21,564 nucleotides of DNA from Chthonomonadales bacterium (GTDB lineage Bacteria > Armatimonadota > Chthonomonadetes > Chthonomonadales > Chthonomonadaceae), in contig JBBQPO010000077.1 of the NCBI GenBank assembly GCA_038217285.1, positions 1 through 21,564 on the forward strand, given 5' to 3'. The translations under genes and the position numbers were made by a program. Numbering within the stretch: the stretch's first letter is position 1; each line of letters opens with the position of its first letter. Of this stretch, positions 1 to 10,311 are shown piece after piece. Below the pieces are notes generated by a model, which had not been told where the DNA came from, searched no databases, and saw only the letters and a list, made by a program, of their open reading frames with translations.

Positions 1-63
1 GAGGACCTCGGTGCTCTTTGTCGTCGTCTCGTCGGATGCGGATTCCTCTTTGGAGGGGTACAT
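1..63 (-). CDS. Possible 5' end of a minus-strand gene running off the window (MYPSKEESASDETTTKSTEVL...)
   Basis: ATG at 63-61 on the minus strand opens a frame that stays open to position 1. A purine-rich GGGCGAGAAAAG lies just upstream, and there is a minus-strand TATAAT at 126-121. Only 21 codons are visible. Confidence 0.35.
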   Translation of the reverse strand, partial: MYPSKEESASDETTTKSTEVL

Positions 64-111
64 AACCGGTCTTTTCTCGCCCTAACGTAAGTTGATTTCT
101 ACTGTAGTGAC

Positions 112-687
112 TTGTCTCACATTATATTGACACACAGGGACACGAAACAGTTGGGACTGCTGATCCGCACACTATCCGCGCAAAACCGCTCCTTGCGCGA
201 CTTTGGGGTGCAAAATCTGACCACCCTTTTGCCCAAGCTGTATGCCGGCGAGGACTCCCTGCTCAGTAAAGCGCACCGCGCCCTCCTGCTACAGCAGTTG
301 ATGGTCCTGCCCAACGACCCACGCTACCGGGATCGTACCGAACCGCTTTCACGCGCGGCTTATCGGCGCGAAATGGATCTGCGTCTGGCGATCCTCAAAG
401 CGCTGGAGAAGGTGGGCGGAGAACAGGAACTGGCGACCGTCACGCAGTTGGCGCAGTCACTTCCCACAGGACGCAATGCGCGCACGGTACCGGCGGAACT
501 ACGCGCCGCCGCGCAGGAATGTCTGCCAACTCTGCAGATGCGTGCCGCAGGACAGCGCTCCGAAACGCAGTTGCTGCGCGCGTCCAGCCTGACCACCCGC
601 CCTGAGAGCGAGCTCTTGCGTCCCACCACCCCTGGCGCCTCGGATCCGCCGGAACAGTTGCTGCGTGCCAGCGAACCTCACGCGTAG
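112..687 (+). CDS. Hypothetical helical (HEAT-like) protein with C-terminal LLRAS/LLRP repeats; possibly N-terminally truncated
   Basis: 191-aa ORF with plausible codon usage. It contains a HEAT-like segment (LRLAILKALEKVGGEQEL...ELRAAAQECL) and a tail QLLRASS...ELLRP...QLLRAS. The start is TTG with no RBS, and there is an in-frame TAA at 88-90. Confidence 0.55.
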   Translation: MSHIILTHRDTKQLGLLIRTLSAQNRSLRDFGVQNLTTLLPKLYAGEDSLLSKAHRALLLQQLMVLPNDPRYRDRTEPLSRAAYRREMDLRLAILKALEKVGGEQELATVTQLAQSLPTGRNARTVPAELRAAAQECLPTLQMRAAGQRSETQLLRASSLTTRPESELLRPTTPGASDPPEQLLRASEPHA

Positions 688-778
688 TCAGCTCACCAAA
701 ACGGTGTCACGGTACGGGCCGAGGCTGCGCTACGGATGCTGCCGAGCAAACAAAGTTTACGCAAACGCCCTCGAAATC

Positions 779-808
779 TTGACAAATGGGGGAGATATAG
801 GCTAAAAC
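779..808 (+). promoter_or_regulatory. Putative sigma70-type promoter for glnA
   Basis: TTGACA (779-784), 18-nt spacer, TAAAAC (803-808), upstream of the structured glnA leader. Confidence 0.45.
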
Positions 809-839
809 AGCAGAACAGATTTCCCCTATAAACCCTGCT

Positions 840-914
840 TGGCAGTGACGCCACGCCGATCCTCGATTTCCCGCCGCGCAACGCGACAGGAGCATTGATT
901 CGGCGTGGCTTTTT
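840..914 (+). promoter_or_regulatory. Structured glnA 5' leader: terminator-like stem plus a competing small hairpin (candidate attenuator)
   Basis: Perfect 10-bp inverted repeat GCCACGCCGA (850-859)/TCGGCGTGGC (900-909) followed by TTTTT (910-914). The hairpin TGGC-AGTGAC-GCCA (840-853) overlaps the 5' arm. Confidence 0.55.
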
Positions 915-969
915 GTCGGGTATGGGTTTTTCTGTGACAAGCCATCAATTTTCAGGGAGAGTGATCGAC

Positions 970-3150
<2,181 letters not shown>

Positions 3151-3157
3151 CCCCACT

Positions 3158-3250
3158 GGCAGGCCGCACTCTCTCACAGCCTGCCCTCTCTGCAACAACC
3201 GTCGCGCCGGTCTCTTCCTCGCCATCAGGCAAAAAAGAGATCGGCGTTTC
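3158..3250. terminator. Two hairpins between the convergent glnA and glycoside hydrolase genes (probable terminators)
   Basis: GGCAGGC (3158-3164)/GCCTGCC (3179-3185), and CGCCGGTCTCTT (3205-3216)/AAGAGATCGGCG (3235-3246) followed by TTTCGTTTG. Confidence 0.6.
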
Positions 3251-3259
3251 GTTTGTAAA

Positions 3260-5875
3260 TCACTCTTTCCAAACCTCGATCTCCGTCACGCCGCTGCGCG
3301 ATTCGCCGCGATGGGTGAAGAGGACGCGAAGCTTCTGTGTCTTCACATGCGCGAAGGTCACGGTGTTGATGGCGCTGCCTGTCGGCACGGCGGGGCTTTT
3401 CACCTGACGTTCAGCGTCTCTCCACTGTCCGTCCGCGAAGTACTGAACGGTATAAGCGGCGGGAGGCTGAACGCCACCGTGATCGTCGTAGAGATAAAGC
3501 TCGACTCTGCCGACCTCTTTCCCTACGCCGAAATCGATCTCCAACCAGTCGGTGGGGCTCTTGGAGCCATAACTGGTCCAGCGGTTTACCGGAGTGGGAC
3601 GGTAGTTCACGCGACCGTCGTTCGCCCATTTCGGAAGGCCGCCATAGATGTCATGGAAAGAGGCGTCCGCCTTCGGAAAGCCTTCTCCTTTCAGGTTCAG
3701 CGCCAGGTTGCCGGGCGGGGGCGGCGTAGCGGTATAGAGTCCCTGCCCCTCTCCCCAGACCTCGATCTCGCTGAGTCCGGTCTTGCCTGCGGTGGAATGC
3801 GTGAACACGATGCGCAGTTGCTGCACATCCCTGGGAGAGAAAGCGACGGTGTTGGCGCGATGCCCGGTCGGGTTGGCAGGCGTCCGGGTCGCACCGGAGA
3901 GTGGGATCCAGCCGCTGCCGTTCCAGGTCTCCACCGCATAGCGGAGCGGAGCGGCCACTTCTGCGCCATCGTCCAGGAAGTAGAGCTTTACCTGATCGAC
4001 CCGGCGTGGAGCGCCGAGATCCAGCGTGATCCAGTCGGTCGCGTTCGGAGAGCCAACGGTGGTCCAGCGGTTGGGAGGGCTTTTGGCATACCAGATATTG
4101 CCGTCGTTGACGGCGCTGATCGGGGTGCGCGGGTCCGTGAACGAGGCGTTCAGGCGCGGATAGTAATCGCCGTCGTTGTTGACCGCGTAGTTACGGGGCG
4201 TATTCACGGGGACGCGGAGCGTTTTGAGTGCGGGAAGCTTGGTGATGATCTTACCCAGAGAGCTGCGCGAAGCGAGGGGCTTGCCGTCCGCCAAAACATG
4301 CAGACCTGCGCCGCGACGGTAGCGCGAGCCGTCGCGATCCCAGAAGATACTGAGGCGATGACCGTGGTAAGAGACGTCGTCCAGTGCGAACCAGGGCCAG
4401 TCCAAGGACGCCAGAGGATCGATTTCGAGGGTGTCGCCTGCACCCGTTTTGAGCCCGACCAACCCCGTGATGACGAGGTCGTTGAAGCTGCTGTGGAAGT
4501 AGTGCTCGCTATGGTTGTAGGAGTCGTGGCCCTCGAAGGAGCCCGTATCGGGGTTCAGAGCCTCCGCGAGGTAAGGCGTCCCGTTCTTGCGGTGAGAGAT
4601 CGCAAACGTGTGGAGCAGATTCCCGTAGTCGTCGCGCGTGACGACGTTCTGCTTGTAGTTGTGCAGCAGGTTCGCCATCGCCTTGAGTGTCTGCGCCGTG
4701 GCGTAGGGCCAGGACTGTCCGCTCCACCAGCAGCACGAGTTTTTGAGGACGAACAGCGGGTCGTGGCGCTCTACCGTCGTCGGACCATGGTCCGCCAGGA
4801 AATAGTTGGAGTCCATCAGAAACTTCCACGCCGACTCGTAGCCGGGATCCGGCAGGTTGAACTGCCACGGAACGTATCCGTACTCCTCGCGGCCATGGTC
4901 GCTGCCTGCATATTTGCCGGACTGATAGGTCAGGGTGTTCTTGAGGACCCTGTTGCCATCGGCATCGGTTTCGTCACGCATCGCCATCGGGAAGAAGAAC
5001 GCGCGTTGCGGATCCCAGAGCAACGCCTGTAGCTTCTGCTTGAGCGAAGCCGCCTTTGCGGTGTAATCCCTGGCCGTTTGCTCCTCTTCGGCGAGATGAG
5101 CGATGTTGGCGATTGCGAGGGCATCGGCATACATATAGGCGTTGAAGTCCGGGCGATAGCCGTTCGCACCGCGCAAAATGTCCTTTGTCTGGCGACTATT
5201 GATGTTGAACTCCATCCCATCGTCGTGACCGTTTTGCCAGAACAGCCCCTTCTCAGGCACAAATTGCCGCTGCTCCCAGCCTTCAAAGTTTTTCTTCAGG
5301 TCGGGCAACAGATCTTTTACGAAGGCGGTATCGGGATGGACCTCGTTGGCGGCCCAGACCGCATCGGTCAGCCAGCAGCCGTAGTTGCGCGGCTGCGAAC
5401 CGGGGGTACGAAACCAGTAGCGCGCATAGTCGCGGGCGTACCGTGGATCGCGCAGCCAGCGCACTTCGTAGAGTTGATGCCCGGCCGGGCAACTGATCGC
5501 GCCGTACGCTCCGCTCCAGAAAGGACGATCCATGAACTCGGTGAAACTGTATCCGCTGTTCGGTGAACCGTAGGTCAGATGCTTCGTTACCAACTCCCAG
5601 CGATAGTACCAGGTCGTGACGATCTCCCGATCCGGGCACTCGAAAAACGGGATATTCGCTTTGTACCAGTCCCAGTCGCGGTTGTCCCACCAGGAGTAGG
5701 CATCGAGCGCCTTCTGCTTGTCGATAATATCGGCGGATGCCCTGCTTGCGAATCCAAGCAACATCAGCAGGAGCCACACGTGCAAGACCATATGAGCAGC
5801 GCGATGTTTCCAAGACGCGACAGGGAGGACAGCACAACGTTCGTTCACACGATACAGGGCGATATGAGCAGGCAT
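3260..5875 (-). CDS. Secreted MGH1/GH63-like (alpha/alpha)6 glycoside hydrolase with two C-terminal F5/8 type C (discoidin/CBM32-like) domains
   Basis: AAGGAG RBS before ATG 5875 and a signal peptide (VWLLLMLLGFASRASA). Motifs: WYKANIPFFECPD, EVRWLRD, WQNGHDDGME, CWWSGQSWP, HSEHYFHSSF. Two repeats of NDG..NRWT..GS...DW(I/L)xxD(L/F)G...EIEVW. Confidence 0.85.
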   Translation of the reverse strand: MPAHIALYRVNERCAVLPVASWKHRAAHMVLHVWLLLMLLGFASRASADIIDKQKALDAYSWWDNRDWDWYKANIPFFECPDREIVTTWYYRWELVTKHLTYGSPNSGYSFTEFMDRPFWSGAYGAISCPAGHQLYEVRWLRDPRYARDYARYWFRTPGSQPRNYGCWLTDAVWAANEVHPDTAFVKDLLPDLKKNFEGWEQRQFVPEKGLFWQNGHDDGMEFNINSRQTKDILRGANGYRPDFNAYMYADALAIANIAHLAEEEQTARDYTAKAASLKQKLQALLWDPQRAFFFPMAMRDETDADGNRVLKNTLTYQSGKYAGSDHGREEYGYVPWQFNLPDPGYESAWKFLMDSNYFLADHGPTTVERHDPLFVLKNSCCWWSGQSWPYATAQTLKAMANLLHNYKQNVVTRDDYGNLLHTFAISHRKNGTPYLAEALNPDTGSFEGHDSYNHSEHYFHSSFNDLVITGLVGLKTGAGDTLEIDPLASLDWPWFALDDVSYHGHRLSIFWDRDGSRYRRGAGLHVLADGKPLASRSSLGKIITKLPALKTLRVPVNTPRNYAVNNDGDYYPRLNASFTDPRTPISAVNDGNIWYAKSPPNRWTTVGSPNATDWITLDLGAPRRVDQVKLYFLDDGAEVAAPLRYAVETWNGSGWIPLSGATRTPANPTGHRANTVAFSPRDVQQLRIVFTHSTAGKTGLSEIEVWGEGQGLYTATPPPPGNLALNLKGEGFPKADASFHDIYGGLPKWANDGRVNYRPTPVNRWTSYGSKSPTDWLEIDFGVGKEVGRVELYLYDDHGGVQPPAAYTVQYFADGQWRDAERQVKSPAVPTGSAINTVTFAHVKTQKLRVLFTHRGESRSGVTEIEVWKE

Positions 5876-6204
5876 AAAACGGGTCTCCTTGAAAAATAGA
5901 AAGCAGGCTCTTCCCTACGAGTAGCCTCTCTGAGGTTTCCGGGACGACAGAGCGCTCTCTTCTGACGACCGTACGCATGAAACAGCCTTCCAGAAACAGC
6001 GTCTCTATGTATGTGGTGCAAGGCCCCGGCAGAATCCTGCTGTGCAACCAATATCCAACAACTCATGACCGGTTTGCTGCAATATGCTCAAGATTGGGAC
6101 GAAAGTGTTCCTCCTGCCCAACAGTGGTTTCCTCCGGCAGCCTCTCAGACGCCGCTATATACCGTGTATAATAGACTATTCCGTGACGAGAGGAGAGAAC
6201 TAGG

Positions 6205-6477
6205 ATGCCGCACCCCTTCTATACAGGTGAGGAGATTGTTCGACGCGGTGAGGAGTTTTACGAGCAGACTATCCGCCATCAGGTGGAGACAGAGGAGAAT
6301 ATCGGCAAAATCGTCTCCATCGATATCGAAACCGGCGACTATGCCATCGATGTCGATCCCGTGGTCGCTGGTCTCCAGGTACAGTCCAGACATCCGCAAG
6401 CAGCCATTTATGGTAAACGCATTGGATATGATGCCGCATTTGCTTTAGGCGGCACACTTACGAGGACGCCACGTTGA
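6205..6477 (+). CDS. Small hypothetical protein of the type found upstream of clan AA aspartic proteases (DUF5678-like)
   Basis: GAGGAG RBS near 6188-6193. 90 aa with EEIVRRGEEFYEQ.IR..VE...GKIVSIDIETGDY...RIG. Its stop overlaps the next start (TTGA). Confidence 0.8.
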   Translation: MPHPFYTGEEIVRRGEEFYEQTIRHQVETEENIGKIVSIDIETGDYAIDVDPVVAGLQVQSRHPQAAIYGKRIGYDAAFALGGTLTRTPR

Positions 6478-6839
6478 CGAATGGCATCGTACTGGATATG
6501 CAAGCATGTGTGAATGTCATGTTTCGACTGCCAAACCGAACTGATATTTCCATTGAATTCGTTGTCGATACCGGTTTTGCCGGTGCATTGGTACTACCGA
6601 CAGCAGTAACTGCGATGCTGGGCTTGCCTTATCTACAAGAGATGATAGCGAATCTGGCCAACGATGACGCTATAAAGGCGGATGTTCATGTAGCGACAAT
6701 TGTTTGGGAAGGTCAGGAACGCCAGGTAGCGGTTTTAGCTATGGGGAAGCGACCGTTGCTTGGGACAGATCTACTGAGAGGGAAAGAACTCGTCGTTCAA
6801 TTTATTGAAAACGGTCTGGTCACTGTTGAGGATCCTTAA
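6474..6839 (+). CDS. Clan AA (retropepsin-like) aspartic protease, AF_0612-type
   Basis: 121 aa with the catalytic VVDTGF motif, an LAND flap-like segment and the C-terminal PLLGTDLL motif. The TTG start overlaps the upstream TGA. Confidence 0.9.
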   Translation: MTNGIVLDMQACVNVMFRLPNRTDISIEFVVDTGFAGALVLPTAVTAMLGLPYLQEMIANLANDDAIKADVHVATIVWEGQERQVAVLAMGKRPLLGTDLLRGKELVVQFIENGLVTVEDP

Positions 6840-6844
6840 GCGGG

Positions 6845-6863
6845 CATGGGCGAATCTCATGCT
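6845..6863 (+). terminator. Hairpin after the aspartic protease gene
   Basis: GCATGGG-CGAAT-CTCATGC (7-bp stem with one G-U pair); weak U-tract. Confidence 0.35.
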
Positions 6864-6929
6864 CTCCCAAACAGTTGCTGAGAGCCGACACTCGACATTC
6901 TTAAAATGCTACAGAAAGGGCACTGTCTG

Positions 6930-7598
6930 ATGACGAAATCAACGGATAGAATCCCGCCAGAGAAGGTAGCGTTGTACGAGAAGCTCATCGCCACCAACCC
7001 GAATATCGAGTGCAAAGGCGAGGAGATTCCCTATACCTCTGTAAACGGCCATATGTTCAGTTTTCTCTCCAGGGCGGGCGTCATGGGTCTTCGTCTGCCC
7101 ACCGCGAAACGAGTAGCATTCCTGAAAAAATATGATGCGAAACTTCACGAGCAGTATGGGATCGTCCAAAAGAGTTACGTGGAGGTTCCGGACACTCTCT
7201 TCGAGAAAACCGAGGAACTCAAGCCGTTTTTCAACTGGAGTTACGCCTACGTCAACTCTCTCAAGCCGAAACCGATCATAGGATACACAACAAGAAATGG
7301 ACGGCCCCGTCAGGCGAGTGAGGAGCCGGTGCCGGAAAACTTCGCAGGAGAGGTCATTGAGCACAAAGCGGACGCATACTTTGAAGTAAGACTTGATGAC
7401 GGGCGAGTATTGCCACTCTGCTTCATTGGACGCAGAAACGTTGGTCGTGGAGTAGATCTCAGCAGGTTGATTCCGAAGGTCGGCGACCGAATTTGGGTAG
7501 AGGAAAGCCCGTACAATCCAGGGCATGCACGTATCATCATCCATAAAAAATGGCCAGCTATCAATACAGCGGAGCCGACGTCCAAAACCAAAAGATGA
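6930..7598 (+). CDS. Fusion protein: N-terminal TfoX_N-like domain plus C-terminal translation initiation factor IF-1-like S1/OB domain
   Basis: GAAAGGG RBS before ATG 6930. N-half: PYTSVNGHMFSFL...MGLRLP...YG...KSYVEVP...SYAYVNSLKPK. C-half: GEVIE....FEVRLDDGRV...GDRIWVEESPYNPGHARII, which matches the IF-1 pattern G.V.E.LPN..F.VELENG...GD.V.VE..PYD...GRI. Confidence 0.75.
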   Translation: MTKSTDRIPPEKVALYEKLIATNPNIECKGEEIPYTSVNGHMFSFLSRAGVMGLRLPTAKRVAFLKKYDAKLHEQYGIVQKSYVEVPDTLFEKTEELKPFFNWSYAYVNSLKPKPIIGYTTRNGRPRQASEEPVPENFAGEVIEHKADAYFEVRLDDGRVLPLCFIGRRNVGRGVDLSRLIPKVGDRIWVEESPYNPGHARIIIHKKWPAINTAEPTSKTKR

Positions 7599-7736
7599 CC
7601 GTTCGGCGCAGGGAAGAGATCTATGAGCGCGAACTGCGCTCCCATCTCGAACCCGCCCCGAACGATCTCTGTACGCGAAAGTGCTGATGTAGCTATTGCG
7701 TTTCCTCCGTGTATAAACGCAGAAGGATGAGAATCG

Positions 7737-8102
7737 TTATTTGGGGGTGAAGGAGGTGCCGCAACCGCAACTGCGCTGGGCGTTGGGGTTGGAGAACTTC
7801 CAGCCGCCTTCGAGCAGGTTTTTGGTGGTGTAGTCGAGTTCCATGCCTTCGAGAAAGCGGGCGCTTTTGCGATCTACGAGGACGGTCAGCCCGCCGATTT
7901 CGAGGATGTGGTCGCGTTCCGTCGGCATCTCTTCGAGGCCCAGTGAATAGGAGAGGCCGGAACAGCCTCCGCCCTTGACGCCGAGACGCAACGAGAGGTT
8001 CGGTTTGCCCTGCTTCGCCATCAAAAAGTTGACGCGCACAATGGCGGCGGGCGTCAGCGTGATCGTTGGGTCGGCGTTTTCGGTCAGTGTCGTATCGCTC
8101 AT
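7737..8102 (-). CDS. sufA: A-type Fe-S carrier (HesB/IscA/SufA family)
   Basis: LRLGVKGGGCSGLSY and FSNPNAQRSCGCGTSF motifs; GGAGGG RBS. Confidence 0.93.
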   Translation of the reverse strand: MSDTTLTENADPTITLTPAAIVRVNFLMAKQGKPNLSLRLGVKGGGCSGLSYSLGLEEMPTERDHILEIGGLTVLVDRKSARFLEGMELDYTTKNLLEGGWKFSNPNAQRSCGCGTSFTPK

Positions 8103-8206
8103 CTCATTTCCCTCCAGCAGCCTCTCAGCCGCCGCGCATTACCTATTGGCAGCCAACAAAACCTTCGCTGCTCTGTGCGAAGCTGCCAGGCGCTCACAAA
8201 TAGAAG

Positions 8207-8539
8207 TCAGAGCAGGCCGAGTTCGAGTTTCGCGCCATCGGACATCATGTCCATCGTCCAGGTCGGGTCCCAGACCACTTCCACTTCCACATCGGTCGCG
8301 CCGGATTCTGCACGCGCTTTCGACTCGACCTCGCCCGGCAGCGTGCCCGCGACCGGGCAACCCGGCGAGGTGAGCGTCATGCGGATGTTGGCCGAGCCGT
8401 CCGTGTCCACATCCACCTCGTAGATGAGGCCGAGCTCGTAGATGCTGACCGGGATTTCCGGGTCGTACACGGTCTTCATGGCCTCGATGATCTCGTTCTT
8501 GATGATCTCGGTTTCGATCGGTGTCAATTCCACGGTCAT
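8207..8539 (-). CDS. sufT: SUF system Fe-S assembly protein SufT (DUF59)
   Basis: VYDPEIPVSIYELGLIY, MTLTSPGCPVAG and VWDPTWT motifs; start overlaps the sufE stop. Confidence 0.92.
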   Translation of the reverse strand: MTVELTPIETEIIKNEIIEAMKTVYDPEIPVSIYELGLIYEVDVDTDGSANIRMTLTSPGCPVAGTLPGEVESKARAESGATDVEVEVVWDPTWTMDMMSDGAKLELGLL

Positions 8540-9003
8540 TATGTTGCCTCCAGGGGGCGGGCAGAGTCGGTCTGAAGCGCGAGCGCCAGGCGCTTGATCC
8601 GCTGAATCATTTCGTAGAGCCCGTTGCGTCGGTTCATGCTCAGGTGTTGGTCCAACTCCAGGCGATGCAGCAAGCCCTCGATATCGAACTGTAAGATCCG
8701 ATCCGCCGTCTGCCCGTAGAAGACGCGGCGCAGGATGGAGATCAGCCCTTTCACGATATCGGAGTCGCTGTCCGCCACGAACTCCACGACATCGCCTTCT
8801 GGGGCGGAGCGCTTCTCGGCCACGACCCAGACGCGACTCTGGCAGCCGTGAATACGGTTCTCCTCGGTCTTCTCGGATTCCGGCAAGGCAGGCAGTTTGC
8901 GCCCCAGATCGATCAGGAAGCGATACTTGTCTTCCCAGTCGTCGAACATCTCGAACGCCTCAATTAGGTCGTCTGCCTGTTGCTGTTGTGTCTCTGTCAT
9001 CAT
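8539..9003 (-). CDS. sufE: Cysteine desulfuration protein SufE
   Basis: DDWEDKYRFLIDLGRKL, IHGCQSRVW, ADSDSDIVKGL and LSMNRRNGL motifs. Confidence 0.93.
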   Translation of the reverse strand: MMTETQQQQADDLIEAFEMFDDWEDKYRFLIDLGRKLPALPESEKTEENRIHGCQSRVWVVAEKRSAPEGDVVEFVADSDSDIVKGLISILRRVFYGQTADRILQFDIEGLLHRLELDQHLSMNRRNGLYEMIQRIKRLALALQTDSARPLEAT

Positions 9004-9013
9004 TTCTCTTGTG

Positions 9014-10285
<1,272 letters not shown>

Positions 10286-10311
10286 TTCTGACGACCTTTC
10301 CAAACCTCTCT

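Noticed and set aside
690-960. Sigma54 promoter or GlnR/NtcA box upstream of glnA
   Set aside because: No convincing TGGCAC-N5-TTGC, TGTNA-N7-TNACA or GTA-N8-TAC was found by eye.
5977-6448. ORFs 5977-6171 and 6011-6448
   Set aside because: No RBS or motifs; they overlap the promoter and the better-supported 6205-6477 gene.
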